DNA from: Octopus bimaculoides
Taxonomy: Eukaryota
Length of the DNA stretch: 49,827 nucleotides
NCBI RefSeq assembly: GCF_001194135.2
Contig: NC_068993.1
Coordinates: forward strand, 43,819,024 to 43,868,850
Direction: 5' to 3'
Under the pieces are notes generated by a model. It did no database searches. It saw only the letters and a program-made list of their open reading frames with translations, and was not told the origin of the DNA. Below, piece by piece: positions 1 to 37,806 of the stretch. The stretch's first letter is position 1; each line of letters begins with the position of its first letter. The translations under genes and the position numbers were made by a program.

Positions 1-184
1 ATGAAATTGAAATTTTGAATTTGCGATTTTTGAAAAAACGTTATGAGGGAAAAATCGGATCTTGTGAATTTTCCGAAAGTCCTCCCCACCCCAGGTTCAT
101 TTGAGCCAATTTTTTTTTCATATTTGTTTTCTACAGTTGTTAACACCCAGCAGGCTGTTTTTTTTGTTGTTTTGTTTTCGTTAA
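1..184. mobile_element. MITE-like element, right part (ends gttttcg|TTAA)
   Basis: 127-180 is the imperfect inverse of 963-1013; TTAA at 181-184. Confidence 0.55.
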
Positions 185-436
185 TGGGTGAAACAATAAA
201 CTGGTGCTTGATGTACGAAATTAAAAACTATGCTTTTACTTGTTGCAGTCATTTGATTGTGGTCATGCTCGGGCACCGTCTTGACAGGTTTTAGTCGAAC
301 AAATCGATCCCGGGACTTGTTTCTTAAAGTCCAGTTCTTTTCTATTGTTCTCTTTTGCCAAACCGTTACCAGGATGTAAACACCAACAACGGTTGTCAAG
401 CGGTAGTGGGGGACCAACATGCACACACATTAATAA

Positions 437-509
437 TTAAGGGTACTAGCAGGCAGTACCAGCATGCTAAAATAGAAGCCAAAACACAAAGGTCTGTTAG
501 TACCCTTAA
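437..509. mobile_element. 65-bp Kolobok-like mini-MITE
   Basis: TTAA|GGGTACTAGCAG ... CTGTTAGTACCC|TTAA; TTAA TSD with RR...YY termini. Confidence 0.5.
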
Positions 510-588
510 TTATTGATAATTTTTACCTTTATGGGTTTTTTACGCATGCTAAGCCACTGATATTATAAACAATAATATCCTTTTTATA

Positions 589-620
<32 letters not shown>

Positions 621-958
621 NNNNNNNNNNGTTATACACAGCCTTGGTTCTTTATCTCACTACGAAATCCTTATATATATATATGGTAATCTTTCGGAGT
701 ATGTGTTATAATTATCGAATTAAAAATCACCTGTGTTATCAGTTGTTTTATCAGTAATTTACGGAAAGATATTTTTATTTCTTTAATTAGCCTTCGATCT
801 GTTCGGGAGAGCTGAATAGTTAGATACGCACACAAACATTGCACAACCGCTGGTTACGGTGTGTGTACAGTGTGTTTACACTGCTCAACGTACTTTTATC
901 AAATGCACTTGTGATAAACATTGTCTCTCACAACACATAATATAAAGATCGTCACCCG

Positions 959-1194
959 TTAACGAAAACAAAAAAAACCGGCGTGTTGGGTGTTAACAAC
1001 TGCGTAGAAAACGAATATGAAATTGAAATTTTGAATTTGCGATTTTTGAAAAAACGTTATGAGGGAAAAATCGGATCTTGTGAATTTTCCGAAAGTCCTC
1101 CCCACCCCAGGTTCATTTGAGCCAATTTTTTTTTCATATTTGTTTTCTACAGTTGTTAACACCCAGCAGGCTGTTTTTTGTTGTTGTTTTGTTT
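959..1194. mobile_element. MITE-like element, second copy (TTAA|cgaaaac...), runs into N-gap
   Basis: 1017-1194 nearly identical to 1-178; ~55-bp imperfect TIRs. Confidence 0.55.
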
Positions 1195-1937
1195 NNNNNN
1201 NNNNNNNNNNNNNNNNNNNNNNNNNNNNNNNNNNNNNNNNNNNNNNNNNNNNNNNNNNNNNNNNNNNNNNNNNNNNNNNNNNNNNNNNNNNNNNNNNNNN
1301 NNNNNNNNNNNNNNNNNNNNNNNNNNNNNNNNNNNNNNNNNNNNNNNNNNNNNNNNNNNNNNNNNNNNNNNNNNNNNNNNNNNNNNNNNNNNNNNNNNNN
1401 NNNNNNNNNNNNNNNNNNNNNNNNNNNNNNNNNNNNNNNNNNNNNNNNNNNNNNNNNNNNNNNNNNNNNNNNNNNNNNNNNNNNNNNNNNNNNNNNNNNN
1501 NNNNNNNNNNNNNNNNNNNNNNNNNNNNNNNNNNNNNNNNNNNNNNNNNNNNNNNNNNNNNNNNNNNNNNNNNNNNNNNNNNNNNNNNNNNNNNNNNNNN
1601 NNNNNNNNNNNNNNNNNNNNNNNNNNNNNNNNNNNNNNNNNNNNNNNNNNNNNNNNNNNNNNNNNNNNNNNNNNNNNNNNNNNNNNNNNNNNNNNNNNNN
1701 NNNNNNNNNNNNNNNNNNNNNNNNNNNNNNNNNNNNNNNNNNNNNNNNNNNNNNNNNNNNNNNNNNNNNNNNNNNNNNNNNNNNNNNNNNNNNNNNNNNN
1801 NNNNNNNNNNNNNNNNNNNNNNNNNNNNNNNNNNNNNNNNNNNNNNNNNNNNNNNNNNNNNNNNNNNNNNNNNNNNNNNNNNNNNNNNNNNNNNNNNNNN
1901 NNNNNNNNNNNNNNNNNNNNNNNNNNNNNNNNNNNNN

Positions 1938-1974
<37 letters not shown>

Positions 1975-3002
1975 TGACAGGCTTCTTTCAGTTTTCGTCT
2001 ACTATATGCACTCATAAGGCTGTGGTCAGCCCGAGTCTAGTGTATAATGTACTATATATGTGTTTGTGTGTGGAGCCTGGTGTAGCCACCTGGTTCACCA
2101 GTCCTCAATCAAATCGTCCCACCCATGCTAACATGGAAAGCGGACGTTAAACGATGATGATGATGATATATGCACACATGAACCCTTGCTCAAGGTGCCA
2201 TGCAGTAGGACTGAACTCAGAACCATGTGGTTGGGAAGTAAGTTTGTTACTAAACCTTTGTATTAATGATCTCTGAAATGGAATTGGCTATATATATAAA
2301 TTAGTAGCCGTATAGCTCCCCTATAGTAAGAAACCTGCTTTGCTCTGGCCACTTCTTACACACTTTAACCTCCCATTACCTAGCATAAAGCTTCCTCCCT
2401 CTCTACTGTATCTCTACTCAGTCGAAGGGGTTCTTTGTCTTGCAAGCTGCATAGCGATTTAATTACTGCTGGTGCTATGAAAAAAAAAGCACCCGGTACA
2501 CTCTGTACAGTAGTTGGCATTAAGAAGGGCATAGAAACCTTGCCATGCAAACATTGGAGCATGATGCACTACTTCAACCTGTCAGATCCTATCAAATCAT
2601 CCAATCTATGCCAGCATAGAAAGGAGACATCAAAAGATGATGTATATTATATAAATGTATATATTATTCCAAAATACTAATGTACTATATATATGTGTGT
2701 GTGTGTATGTATGTATATATATGCACACATAAACCTGTCCTTTTCTTTATATATATGCACACATAAACCTGTCCTTTTCTTTAGTGGCATGTGTTTTGGA
2801 AAATTTTTGAATCTTGAGGTTATCTCCCCTTCTCAAGTGGAATCAGTCAAAATGCTATTTGGTAATTACGATATATTCTTTAGAGACGGAGATGCTTTTA
2901 ATAAATCAACAATTTTTGTGGTAGAGTATATGCCATACAAGTTGTCTGTTATTCAAATACATGCTAATGGCCATTTTCAGTTATTTCTCTTAACTCATTT
3001 TT

Positions 3003-3038
<36 letters not shown>

Positions 3039-3564
3039 TGAATATATAGGGATTGACAATAACCTGCTTCTCCAACATACTGAGAATTCAGAAATAGCAG
3101 CCAAAGNNNNNNNNNNNNNNNNNNNNNNNNNNNNNNNNNNNNNNNNNNNNNNNNNNNNNNNNNNNNNNNNNNNNNNNNNNNNNNNNNNNNNNNNNNNNNN
3201 NNNNNNNNNNNNNNNNNNNNNNNNNNNNNNNNNNNNNNNNNNNNNNNNNNNNNNNNNNNNNNNNNNNNNNNNNNNNNNNNNNNNNNNNNNNNNNNNNNNN
3301 NNNNNNNNNNNNNNNNNNNNNNNNNNNNNNNNNNNNNNNNNNNNNNNNNNNNNNNNNNNNNNNNNNNNNNNNNNNNNNNNNNNNNNNNNNNNNNNNNNNN
3401 NNNNNNNNNNNNNNNNNNNNNNNNNNNNNNNNNNNNNNNNNNNNNNNNNNNNNNNATATATAATTTTGTATGTATCTGTTTTTGTTGTTAGGCCTCATTG
3501 AATTTTCTTGTTTATTTATTGCAAAGTCTCTCCAGATAAACTGATTATCAGACAATTACCAAAC

Positions 3565-29392
<25,828 letters not shown>

Positions 29393-29470
29393 CAACACAT
29401 ACACACACACACTCACACATGCAGACATACATACTTATTGAACAATTGATATGTTTTGTTATTCTACAAA

Positions 29471-29480
29471 AATAAATAAA
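29471..29480 (+). terminator. Candidate polyadenylation signal of SPATA5
   Basis: Overlapping AATAAATAAA ~80 nt after stop codon. Confidence 0.5.
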
Positions 29481-32400
29481 ACTACAAAGTTGAAGATTTT
29501 CTTTTCAAATGAATACCAAATGTTTATATATAATTCCATGTTCTCTCTGAAAACCATTGTTAATGTACTGTATGTTGTTGTCCCTGTCATTTTTGTTGTC
29601 TTTGCTTCATGTCACCACTGATTGAAGGGATTCTGATCAAAGGCATTTCAGACATGACCATCCAGTCACCAAATGTGTGTGTGTGTTTTTCCCTATCTGT
29701 GTGTGTGAGTGTGCATGAGAATGTGTATGTGTGTGTATGAGAGTGTGCATGTCTGTGTGAGAGTGCATGTCTGTGTGAAAGTGTGTATGTGAGAACATGC
29801 ATGTGTGTGAGTGTGCATGCATGTGAATTAATCACCAAAGGTATGTATGTATACATACTGTATTTTCTGGCATACAAGTCAAATTTTTCCAAACCAAAAT
29901 TTACAGCCAAAAAAAGATTAGTCAACTTATACACCAAGATGATTTTGGAGGACTAAAAGTTTCATGTGAAATGCAGCAGAATTTGGAAAGATAACGACAA
30001 TGTTTGAATGTTTGCGCTACATGTCTATACTATAAACAAGTCTATTTGTATGCTGGAAAATACAGTACCATAATGGCAATGCTCCAGTTTGGCCACTGCC
30101 TCTGGGCAGAACATATAAAATAATAAAGACTAAATACATAGATATGGTGATTCACTTGTACATTACACTGAGTTTTACATACATATAAAATATTTGTTTG
30201 ACAGATATACCCCAGGAATAGAAGTAAATACCAAAAGTTACTGATGAAACCAAACCATGTTGGTCATTAGTGCAGTCAGTTCTTATTGGTCAAGCCCCGT
30301 CACATGGTTGAAATCAAATTACTAAGATGTAATGGAGGTAACCTGGCTAAGGTCAAAATTCATTAACAAGAGAGACTACTTTACATGGCTTATATGATTG
30401 GCTTATGTGATTTCCAAATGTGAATGTTGCACATGTATGTATACATGTATGCATGCATGCATGCAAGTTCTATGTATCACGAATAGAAGGTTAGTGTAGT
30501 TACGTGTGATGTAAGCAATGAATTTGTGGATGGACTAATTGCAATAAAAGCACCTGGATGGGTAAACAATGGTATATAACAAAATAAATGTTCAGTGGAG
30601 GGTCTCATTGCTGGTATAAATGTTGCTTATTCCATAAGCATTTTCAAATTATGTGACTTGCCTTTAGACTATTTGATTTGTGTTTGCATCTATATTTTGC
30701 GAGTCAGAAACATTGGTTCACATAACCTTACTGCTCAGAGATACTAAATATGTTTTTCCTCATCCAATTCTTGTCTTTATTTCTATGGTGGTTTTTGCTT
30801 CTTAATAATGGATACCTTCACATTCCAGAGATTTATAGCATCTGAAGCTGTTGTCCAAAACCCGAGTTATTATATTTCTACCTATTTTCCGTCATTGGGA
30901 CTCATGGAGGCAATGAGAATTGACTGAAACCTTTGGCAATATGCTGTGCTTGAGAAGATTTGTCAAGCCAAGTGAAATTGTAGTTGTAGCCAATGTCAGT
31001 GTCACGTAATTGACACCTGTGCCGGTGGTACATAAAAAGCACCCATTACACTTTTGAAGTGGTTGGCATTAGGAAGAGCATCCATTGATAGAAACCATGC
31101 CAAATCAGATCAGAACTTGGTGCAGCTCTCCAGCTATCAGTTCCAGTCAAGCCATCTAACCCAGGCTAGCATGGAAAGCAGATGCTAAATGATGATGATG
31201 ATCATCATCTATCATCTATGCTCCATGCTAGCTTGGGTTGATGAGTTTGTCAGAATCTGATGGGCCCAAGGATTGCTTTGTGCTCTAGTGTCTGGTGGAT
31301 GCTGCTGTTCCTAATGCCAACCACTTTACAGTGTATATTGGGTGCTTTTTTTCATACCACCTGCACTAGTAAAGTCACTATGCAGCTATTGAGAATACAA
31401 ACCTCCAAGTGGGGAAGGGAAAACTTTTCGCTAGAAGAATAAGGAGTAAAGTATGAGAGAAAAGGTCTGGAGCAGACCAAGTCTCTTGCAGTAGGGGAGC
31501 TACATGATTTACTTATATTTTAGATGTTGTGCATTAGATACTGTGGATTTGTATTCTGATGTACAATTGTTATTGAACTGACCCATGTTTGAACTGTCAA
31601 TACAAGGTTTCAAAAATACCTCTGTGATCTTAGACAACTAAAAATCCACCCAGTTATCACAAGTACCAGATCTCTATTCCAGAAAATAGAAAGACAAGAG
31701 TCTTCTGTCATTGCTTTTTAAATAAAACACATTCACTCATGACAGTTGTCATACTAATACCGTAATATTGCCGTTTTTTTCAACCTTCCAATTTTTTTTT
31801 TTAAGATATCAATGGTGATATGCTTCTGATAATTTCCCACTCTTAGTTTGTGGTCATAATTCGAAAGAAAGACTTGNNNNNNNNNNNNNNNNNNNNNNNN
31901 NNNNNNNNNNNNNNNNNNNNNNNNNNNNNNNNNNNNNNNNNNNNNNNNNNNNNNNNNNNNNNNNNNNNNNNNNNNNNNNNNNNNNNNNNNNNNNNNNNNN
32001 NNNNNNNNNNNNNNNNNNNNNNNNNNNNNNNNNNNNNNNNNNNNNNNNNNNNNNNNNNNNNNNNNNNNNNNNNNNNNNNNNNNNNNNNNNNNNNNNNNNN
32101 NNNNNNNNNNNNNNNNNNNNNNNNNNNNNNNNNNNNNNNNNNNNNNNNNNNNNNNNNNNNNNNNNNNNNNNNNNNNNNNNNNNNNNNNNNNNNNNNNNNN
32201 NNNNNNNNNNNNNNNNNNNNNNNNNNNNNNNNNNNNNNNNNNNNNNNNNNNNNNNNNNNNNNNNNNNNNNNNNNNNNNNNNNNNNNNNNNNNNNNNNNNN
32301 NNNNNNNNNNNGGAACATTCACATCCTGAATGTTCCCAGACGCCTCACCGGAGCCAAGAAACAAAAGAAAAATAGTGTAATAGATTTAAAACGACTTGCT

Positions 32401-32483
32401 CTGAACGAATATGATAAAAAAAAATTTTTTAATGCGCTCCCGCGAAAGGCGGGGTGGGGAGAGGGCTCGGAACATTCATATCA

Positions 32484-32484
<1 letters not shown>

Positions 32485-32522
<38 letters not shown>

Positions 32523-32553
32523 CTCACAGACGCGCACACACACACACACACAC
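32485..32553. repeat. (CA)n microsatellite
   Basis: Direct reading; other simple repeats at 589-620, 1938-1966, 3006-3036, 13927-13954, 15526-15553, 15659-15688, 16164-16196, 27128-27158, 41461-41482. Confidence 0.95.
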
Positions 32554-33024
32554 AAAGAGAAATGGTTGTTTCACTGCAACATTTAAATCTCATTTCAATG
32601 TCAATATTTTCGTTGCTTTGAAACCGAGACTTGTTCACTGACAATTCTCAGGAAGTTGTTTTACACCTATTAGAATATTTAATTTTTTTATTTCCCACCG
32701 GGTCAAACCCTTTAGTTTGACCCTACTGTCTTAATAAATGAATGGCATTCTGTATAGTGAAGTCCTTGATGTAAATATGTCTAAATGAATGTTAAAATGG
32801 ACACCACTTCAACATCTTTCATCGTAAATCTGCGGCATCAGGGACAACCTCGGGGGAAGAAACAATACAAATTTTCACTAGTCAATTAGGCAGTCATCAG
32901 CAACTCGTGGCTCGTGGGCCTTTCTGAATGGCACACCTAACGAAAAATCAGCTTGATGTAGTGCAGCTCACTTGACAATAAGCCATGTTATATGCGACTC
33001 GCATGTCTGAAATTAGAAAACCTA

Positions 33025-33130
33025 AACATGGTCGCGCGGTGTCCTAGAAATAGCAGTAAAATCTCTTTCAAAAGTATATTTTACTGCATAAAAAAAAAAA
33101 AGAGCAAATTGACACATTGGATAGTCCGAG
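33025..33130 (+). promoter_or_regulatory. Candidate promoter / non-coding first exon of Tim8
   Basis: CpG-rich patch, AACATGG motif at ~33025, strong donor CGAG|GTGAGT at 33130/33131. Confidence 0.4.
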
Positions 33131-33177
33131 GTGAGTGTAAGAAAAACGACGAGATGGTCATTGTTGGAATGTGTTTA

Positions 33178-33574
33178 GTGGCTGTGTGGTAAGTAGCTTG
33201 CCTTCCAACCACATGGTTCCGGGTTCAGTCTCACTGCGTGGCACCTTGGGCAAGTGTCTTCTACTATAGCCTCGGGCCGACCAAAGCCTTGTGAGTGGAT
33301 TTGGTAGACGGAAACTGAAAGAAGCCCGTCGTATATATGTATATATATATGTATGTGTGTATATGTTGTGTATCTGTGTTTGTCTCCCCAACATCGCTTG
33401 ACAACCGATGCTGGTGTGTTTAGGTCCCAGTAATCTGGCGGTTCGGCAAAAAGAGACCGATAGAATAAGTACTAGGCTCACAATGAATAAGCCTTGGGGT
33501 CGATTTTCTCGACTAAAGGCGGTGCTCCAGCATGGCCGCAGTCAAATGACTGAAACAAGTAAAAGAAAGAAAGA
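33178..33574 (+). mobile_element. tRNA-derived SINE, family A, near full length and CpG-rich
   Basis: A-box-like tggctgtgtggt, B-box-like ggttcagtc; decayed copies at ~232-430(-), 4690-5070, 13420-13565(-), 18985-19385, 21420-21825, 22240-22570, 28380-28650(-), 35820-36310, 39020-39480, 48230-48345(-). Confidence 0.75.
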
Positions 33575-33639
33575 ATCGTAAATCAGTTCAACCAAGGACC
33601 TAGCTAGCTAAGATAAATAGCATCAATGTCAACGAACGG

Positions 33640-33798
33640 CATGGGATCGATGGGAGATAACTCGTTTATACTTCCGTTGTCAATGTGTAGGCATGTGCTT
33701 TTAGCTGAAACCTCCGGCAAGATTCGAACTAAACTCGCTGCGACTTTGTCGACACAGAAAACCGGCGTTTGTTATTTTCCTTTCAAATATATTTACAG
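33640..33798 (+). promoter_or_regulatory. Second candidate non-coding leader exon of Tim8
   Basis: CpG-rich, ends in CAG|GTAAGA donor at 33798/33799. Confidence 0.35.
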
Positions 33799-34030
33799 GT
33801 AAGAAGCGACGAAATATTTATCTCCCGATCTTATTTCGCCATTTTCTTTACACTATACAATATTTTCATACAAGCATATTTTGAAGAATATTTTATATGA
33901 CCTCTATCTTCAACTTATGTGGGAAATATTCACTGGAAGTGCTGTATGTGCGCTTATCTACCTATACATACATAAATACATATTTTCAATGCCTATATAC
34001 TGGCAAAACGCTGCTCTTCTAAATAGAAAC

Positions 34031-34211
34031 CTTACCTGTCATTGTGGTTTTGTGGAACGAAGCAAAGCAGGTCTTACCGTCCTTTCACGAAAACACAGTA
34101 AATGATCCCCAAGCACTCAAGCAAACTGAGTTCTCAACTTGTTCCATTTGTCAAAAGGTTTGCAAGGCACCAGCAGACCTCAAGAGACACATTCGTGTAA
34201 ATAAAACATGA
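34031..34211 (+). pseudogene. Frameshifted pair of degenerate C2H2 zinc fingers, probably a LINE (RTE-like) 3' end
   Basis: LTCHCGFVERSKAGLTVLSRKH then, after a 1-nt shift, TCSICQKVCKAPADLKRHIRVNK*. Confidence 0.5.
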
Positions 34212-37200
34212 TTAACCCATAAGGCGTTGGGATTTGCACTCATATAGCATGGACTTCTGAGCACATTTTATGAAAATGAGACTACCATGCACACATAAAA
34301 AACAAAAAAATAGTTAAAATATCTTCTTAGTATATAATGATGGCAAGTTTTACATTATCTGAAAAGTCATTAGTTTTACTATTAGTCCTCTTGCATTCTG
34401 TGGGGTATCAGAGCGTTTGAGTAACATTAGACCCCAACAAACGTCCATAAATTAAATGCATCTATCTGGGCCACGATCGTGGCCCGTCGCGCTTTATTTT
34501 ACCGAACCCTCATTTGTCGTTCACTACAAGAAAATCCATCACACACACATACACACTGTGTGTGTGTGTGTTTAGACAGATAAATATCATTTTATGTTCT
34601 TTATGCTAGCATGAGTTGCACAGGTTACAGTCCAATTAAGTTCTTATTCTGAGTTTACACACAGAGAGGCACACTATATTATTATTGTTGTCTGACTGGG
34701 TTGCACCTGATTGCTCTTTTTCTTCTTTTTAGCAATTGACATTTTGCTGAAAAGGGTAACCATTGGGAGTACTGTTGGGAAGGAAAAGAGAAAGGCTTAG
34801 TGATTTGGTCTTTGCATGAATGCCAGAATACAAAGGAGCCAAGAAAGGTATGTAGTGTGTATGGAAAATGACATGTTAAAAAAAAACGTACAGAATGGTG
34901 AAAGTGGACACAGCCTGTGGAAGAGGGTGTCAGAAGACAGAGGATGAAGTGATGAAGACTGATCTCTGGATGCAGAATCTCATAGAGGAGATGACAAAGG
35001 ACTGAGCTGATAGGCAACATGCAATTCTGGAGAAGAACCATTCACCAGAGCATGCATGGGGAAATAAGTGTTAAACTGAGTACATATCTCCTCTTAGGTC
35101 TCTTGCCCAGTATATCCCCGTCAAGTGCACATCTGCAGCATTCCCCGAGTCTTTGACTCTCATTCATCTCTCTATGACCCTTTCTCTACTCACATTCCTT
35201 TCTATTTGTTGTACTATGCTCCTCATGAAAATAGGAATGACAATAGAGCTGTCAAACCTCATCTCCCTGACAATGATCTGTCTCTTTACATTCTCCTCTA
35301 CAGCACCTTGGGCTCAGTGGTTTACTGTTATACTGTATAATTCAGATTGTTTGGATGCTCTCCCACTGTTGTGAATGTAGTGGGCTTGATGTCAGTGAAC
35401 TCACTGTCACTTATACCTCACTGAACATAGATTACTACAACATTGCTATTCTATAAAATTCCACACTAGCTCTGGGTTATCAGAACTGAAAAATTATGCT
35501 GACTGTCAGTCATCATGGCATGAAAGATATTGCTGTCCAAGAATTAGCACTTTTATGTTAACATACACACTTCACATACCTGATACCATGATCCACATCA
35601 ATGGCATAGGTATTTCTACCTGCACAATTCAGCTGTTTATCAGAATATGAAACAAATTTCCAGATACTACTGTTGGGAGCATTTCAGCTGAAAGAATACA
35701 AAACATTCAGGAATCTGGTGCACAAACAATTCCAGCATCATACTCCCTAAAAATGCAGTGAAACATTGATTGGTTCACCAGCCCACATTTTAAAATCAAA
35801 TGTCCAGTGATGTTTATATAAAGGTACAAGCTTGGCTCAGTGGTAAAAAGTTTGTTTCCCAACCATTTGGCTTCAGGTTTAATCCTAGTGCATGGCATCA
35901 GGGTTGGTAGTGTGCATGTGTGACTGTGATGAAAAGTTGCTTCCTAACCACATAATTTCGTTTGGGTTCAGTGGCAAGTTGGACAAGTGTCTTCTATCAT
36001 TGCCCTGAACCAAACAGGTCTTGTGAGTGGATTTGCTAGAGAAACTGAAAGAAGCCTGTTGTGTGCATGTGTGTGTATGTATTACTGTCTCTTTACTTTG
36101 ACATCAATTGATAGTTGTGAGCAAGTGTCACTATTATACAAGTTGTGTGCTTTGTTTCCAATCTTCCCAGAAAACATGTCTGACCTGAGGGAAATACCAC
36201 TTTGCTTGGAAACAGATGAGTGTTGGTGACAGGAAAGGAATCTGGTTATAGAAAACCCACTTCAAATTCTGTTTGGCCTATGTGAATATGGAAAAGGGGA
36301 CAGCAAAATGATGATAGATATATTGAATTATTGATTGATTGATTGACTGATAAATAGATAGATATGCATGTGTGTATAATTATTTATATTTCCTCTTTTT
36401 TTTGTAAATTTCTGAGCTACAAGCAGTGACATGTCATTTTCTTGTTAACAAATATCATCCACTAGCTTTCAAAGACATGTAGAATAAGAGATCTCTCACA
36501 TAAACAAAAGGTAAGGGTTAGCAGTAGGAGGGATATCCAGCTGTAAAATAATATCTCAATAATATATTTGTCTAACCCTTGCTAGCAAAGAAAAATAGAT
36601 GTAAAAAATGAATGAACACACTATAGAATTCCTATTTATTCCCTTTCTACATATTGAACATGGCTACTTCCCAGTTAGTAGTAGTTTCCTGTTTTTTTTT
36701 TCTACAAACAAATAGTTTCATATTTGCTAAATTGACCTTTTGGCCTATTAATCCTTTGACTTTATTTCTGCATAAGAAACTTATCATCTTATTCTTCAAC
36801 AGATTCAGCAATGAAAATTCGATTGTCATTACACATGAGTTTCATAGGCTGCATGTTTTTGGCTCTTTTGTCATGGCCTAGAGAACTGTAATAGACAGGA
36901 GTGGGAAGAGAGAGAACTGAGCCTTGATAAACTCTTATCTACATGCTAAATTTCTTACAAACTCTCACTTTGCTGACTACCCCCCCCNNNNNNNNNNNNN
37001 NNNNNNNNNNNNNNNNNNNNNNNNNNNNNNNNNNNNNNNNNNNNNNNNNNNNNNNNNNNNNNNNNNNNNNNNNNNNNNNNNNNNNNNNNNNNNNNNNNTC
37101 CCCCACTCTCACCCCACTCATCCCTCTTAGGATCTTTTCAAGGAGTTCTGGACATGACCACTCTTTCTTCTTTTCCCTTCTGAATTTTGTATCAAGGACT

Positions 37201-37539
37201 ACATCATCCAATGTGCCCTTCTCTTTTTTTAAAAGCATGACAGTAGGATTTAAGGAAGATTTGGTTGCTATTTCATTTCTAGCAGGTCAGTTGACCATGT
37301 AGAGGCCCCCATTGACTCAAACACTGTTTACACTATGTATTATTGACAGAGATGAATTATCTGTTTTATCTTTATTGTTCTATTAAAACAAAATGAGAAA
37401 AAAATTTAATTCTTTACTTCCAGATTTACTTTTTGTTGTGGAAAGGTTGCTTGCTGAGAAGGCTACATCGAAAGAACATTGTCAAATTTCTCCCTCTTCC
37501 TCTCATTTTATTGACGTCTGATTCTGACCAAGGAACAAG

Positions 37540-37806
37540 ATGTCTTTTGACTTTGATAGCAAAAAACTTGACAGCGACAAAGAACTGCAAGCAGCATTGC
37601 AACAGGAGCAGGCAAAGGCACAATTCCAGAGTCAGATTCATAAACTGACCGATATCTGTTGGGACACTTGCTTAGATAAACCACGTGATAAGATGGACAG
37701 TCGTACAGAGACTTGCATCTCAAACTGCGTCGATCGATTCATAGACACATCTTTGCTAGTGGCCAGTCGCTTTCAACAAATTCTACAAAGAGCTGCATCA
37801 CAGTAA
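37540..37806 (+). CDS. TIMM8: Mitochondrial import inner membrane translocase subunit Tim8 (TIMM8B-like), 88 aa
   Basis: Twin CX3C motifs (CWDTC, CISNC), DKP...DSRTETC, CVDRFIDTSL; upstream acceptor tttacttccag at 37423; AATAAA at 37985. Confidence 0.95.
   Translation: MSFDFDSKKLDSDKELQAALQQEQAKAQFQSQIHKLTDICWDTCLDKPRDKMDSRTETCISNCVDRFIDTSLLVASRFQQILQRAASQ

Noticed and set aside
2693-3049. 118-aa ORF upstream of SPATA5
   Set aside because: No recognisable domain; ends are microsatellite; antisense weakly resembles decayed hAT sequence but too degenerate to call
959-3555. Long ORFs of 150-360 aa (also 15483-16351, 26770-27090, 31843-32364, 36924-37302)
   Set aside because: They run through N-gaps and dinucleotide repeats
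30240-30275. CTGATGA followed by ACCAA/TTGGT stem
   Set aside because: No GAAA or stems I/III, so not a hammerhead
32690-33030. Minus-strand gene (MAYCQ + GTGAGC donor), SECIS or telomerase RNA
   Set aside because: All continuations stop quickly, the implied intron is 35 nt, no CTAACCCTAA template, and no selenoprotein ORF
36811-36891. 26-aa hydrophobic sORF (MKIRLSLHMSF...) after an AG acceptor
   Set aside because: Within chance expectation in AT-rich intron
37433-37723. ORFs overlapping Tim8 in other frames or antisense
   Set aside because: No motifs; the Tim8 frame explains the region
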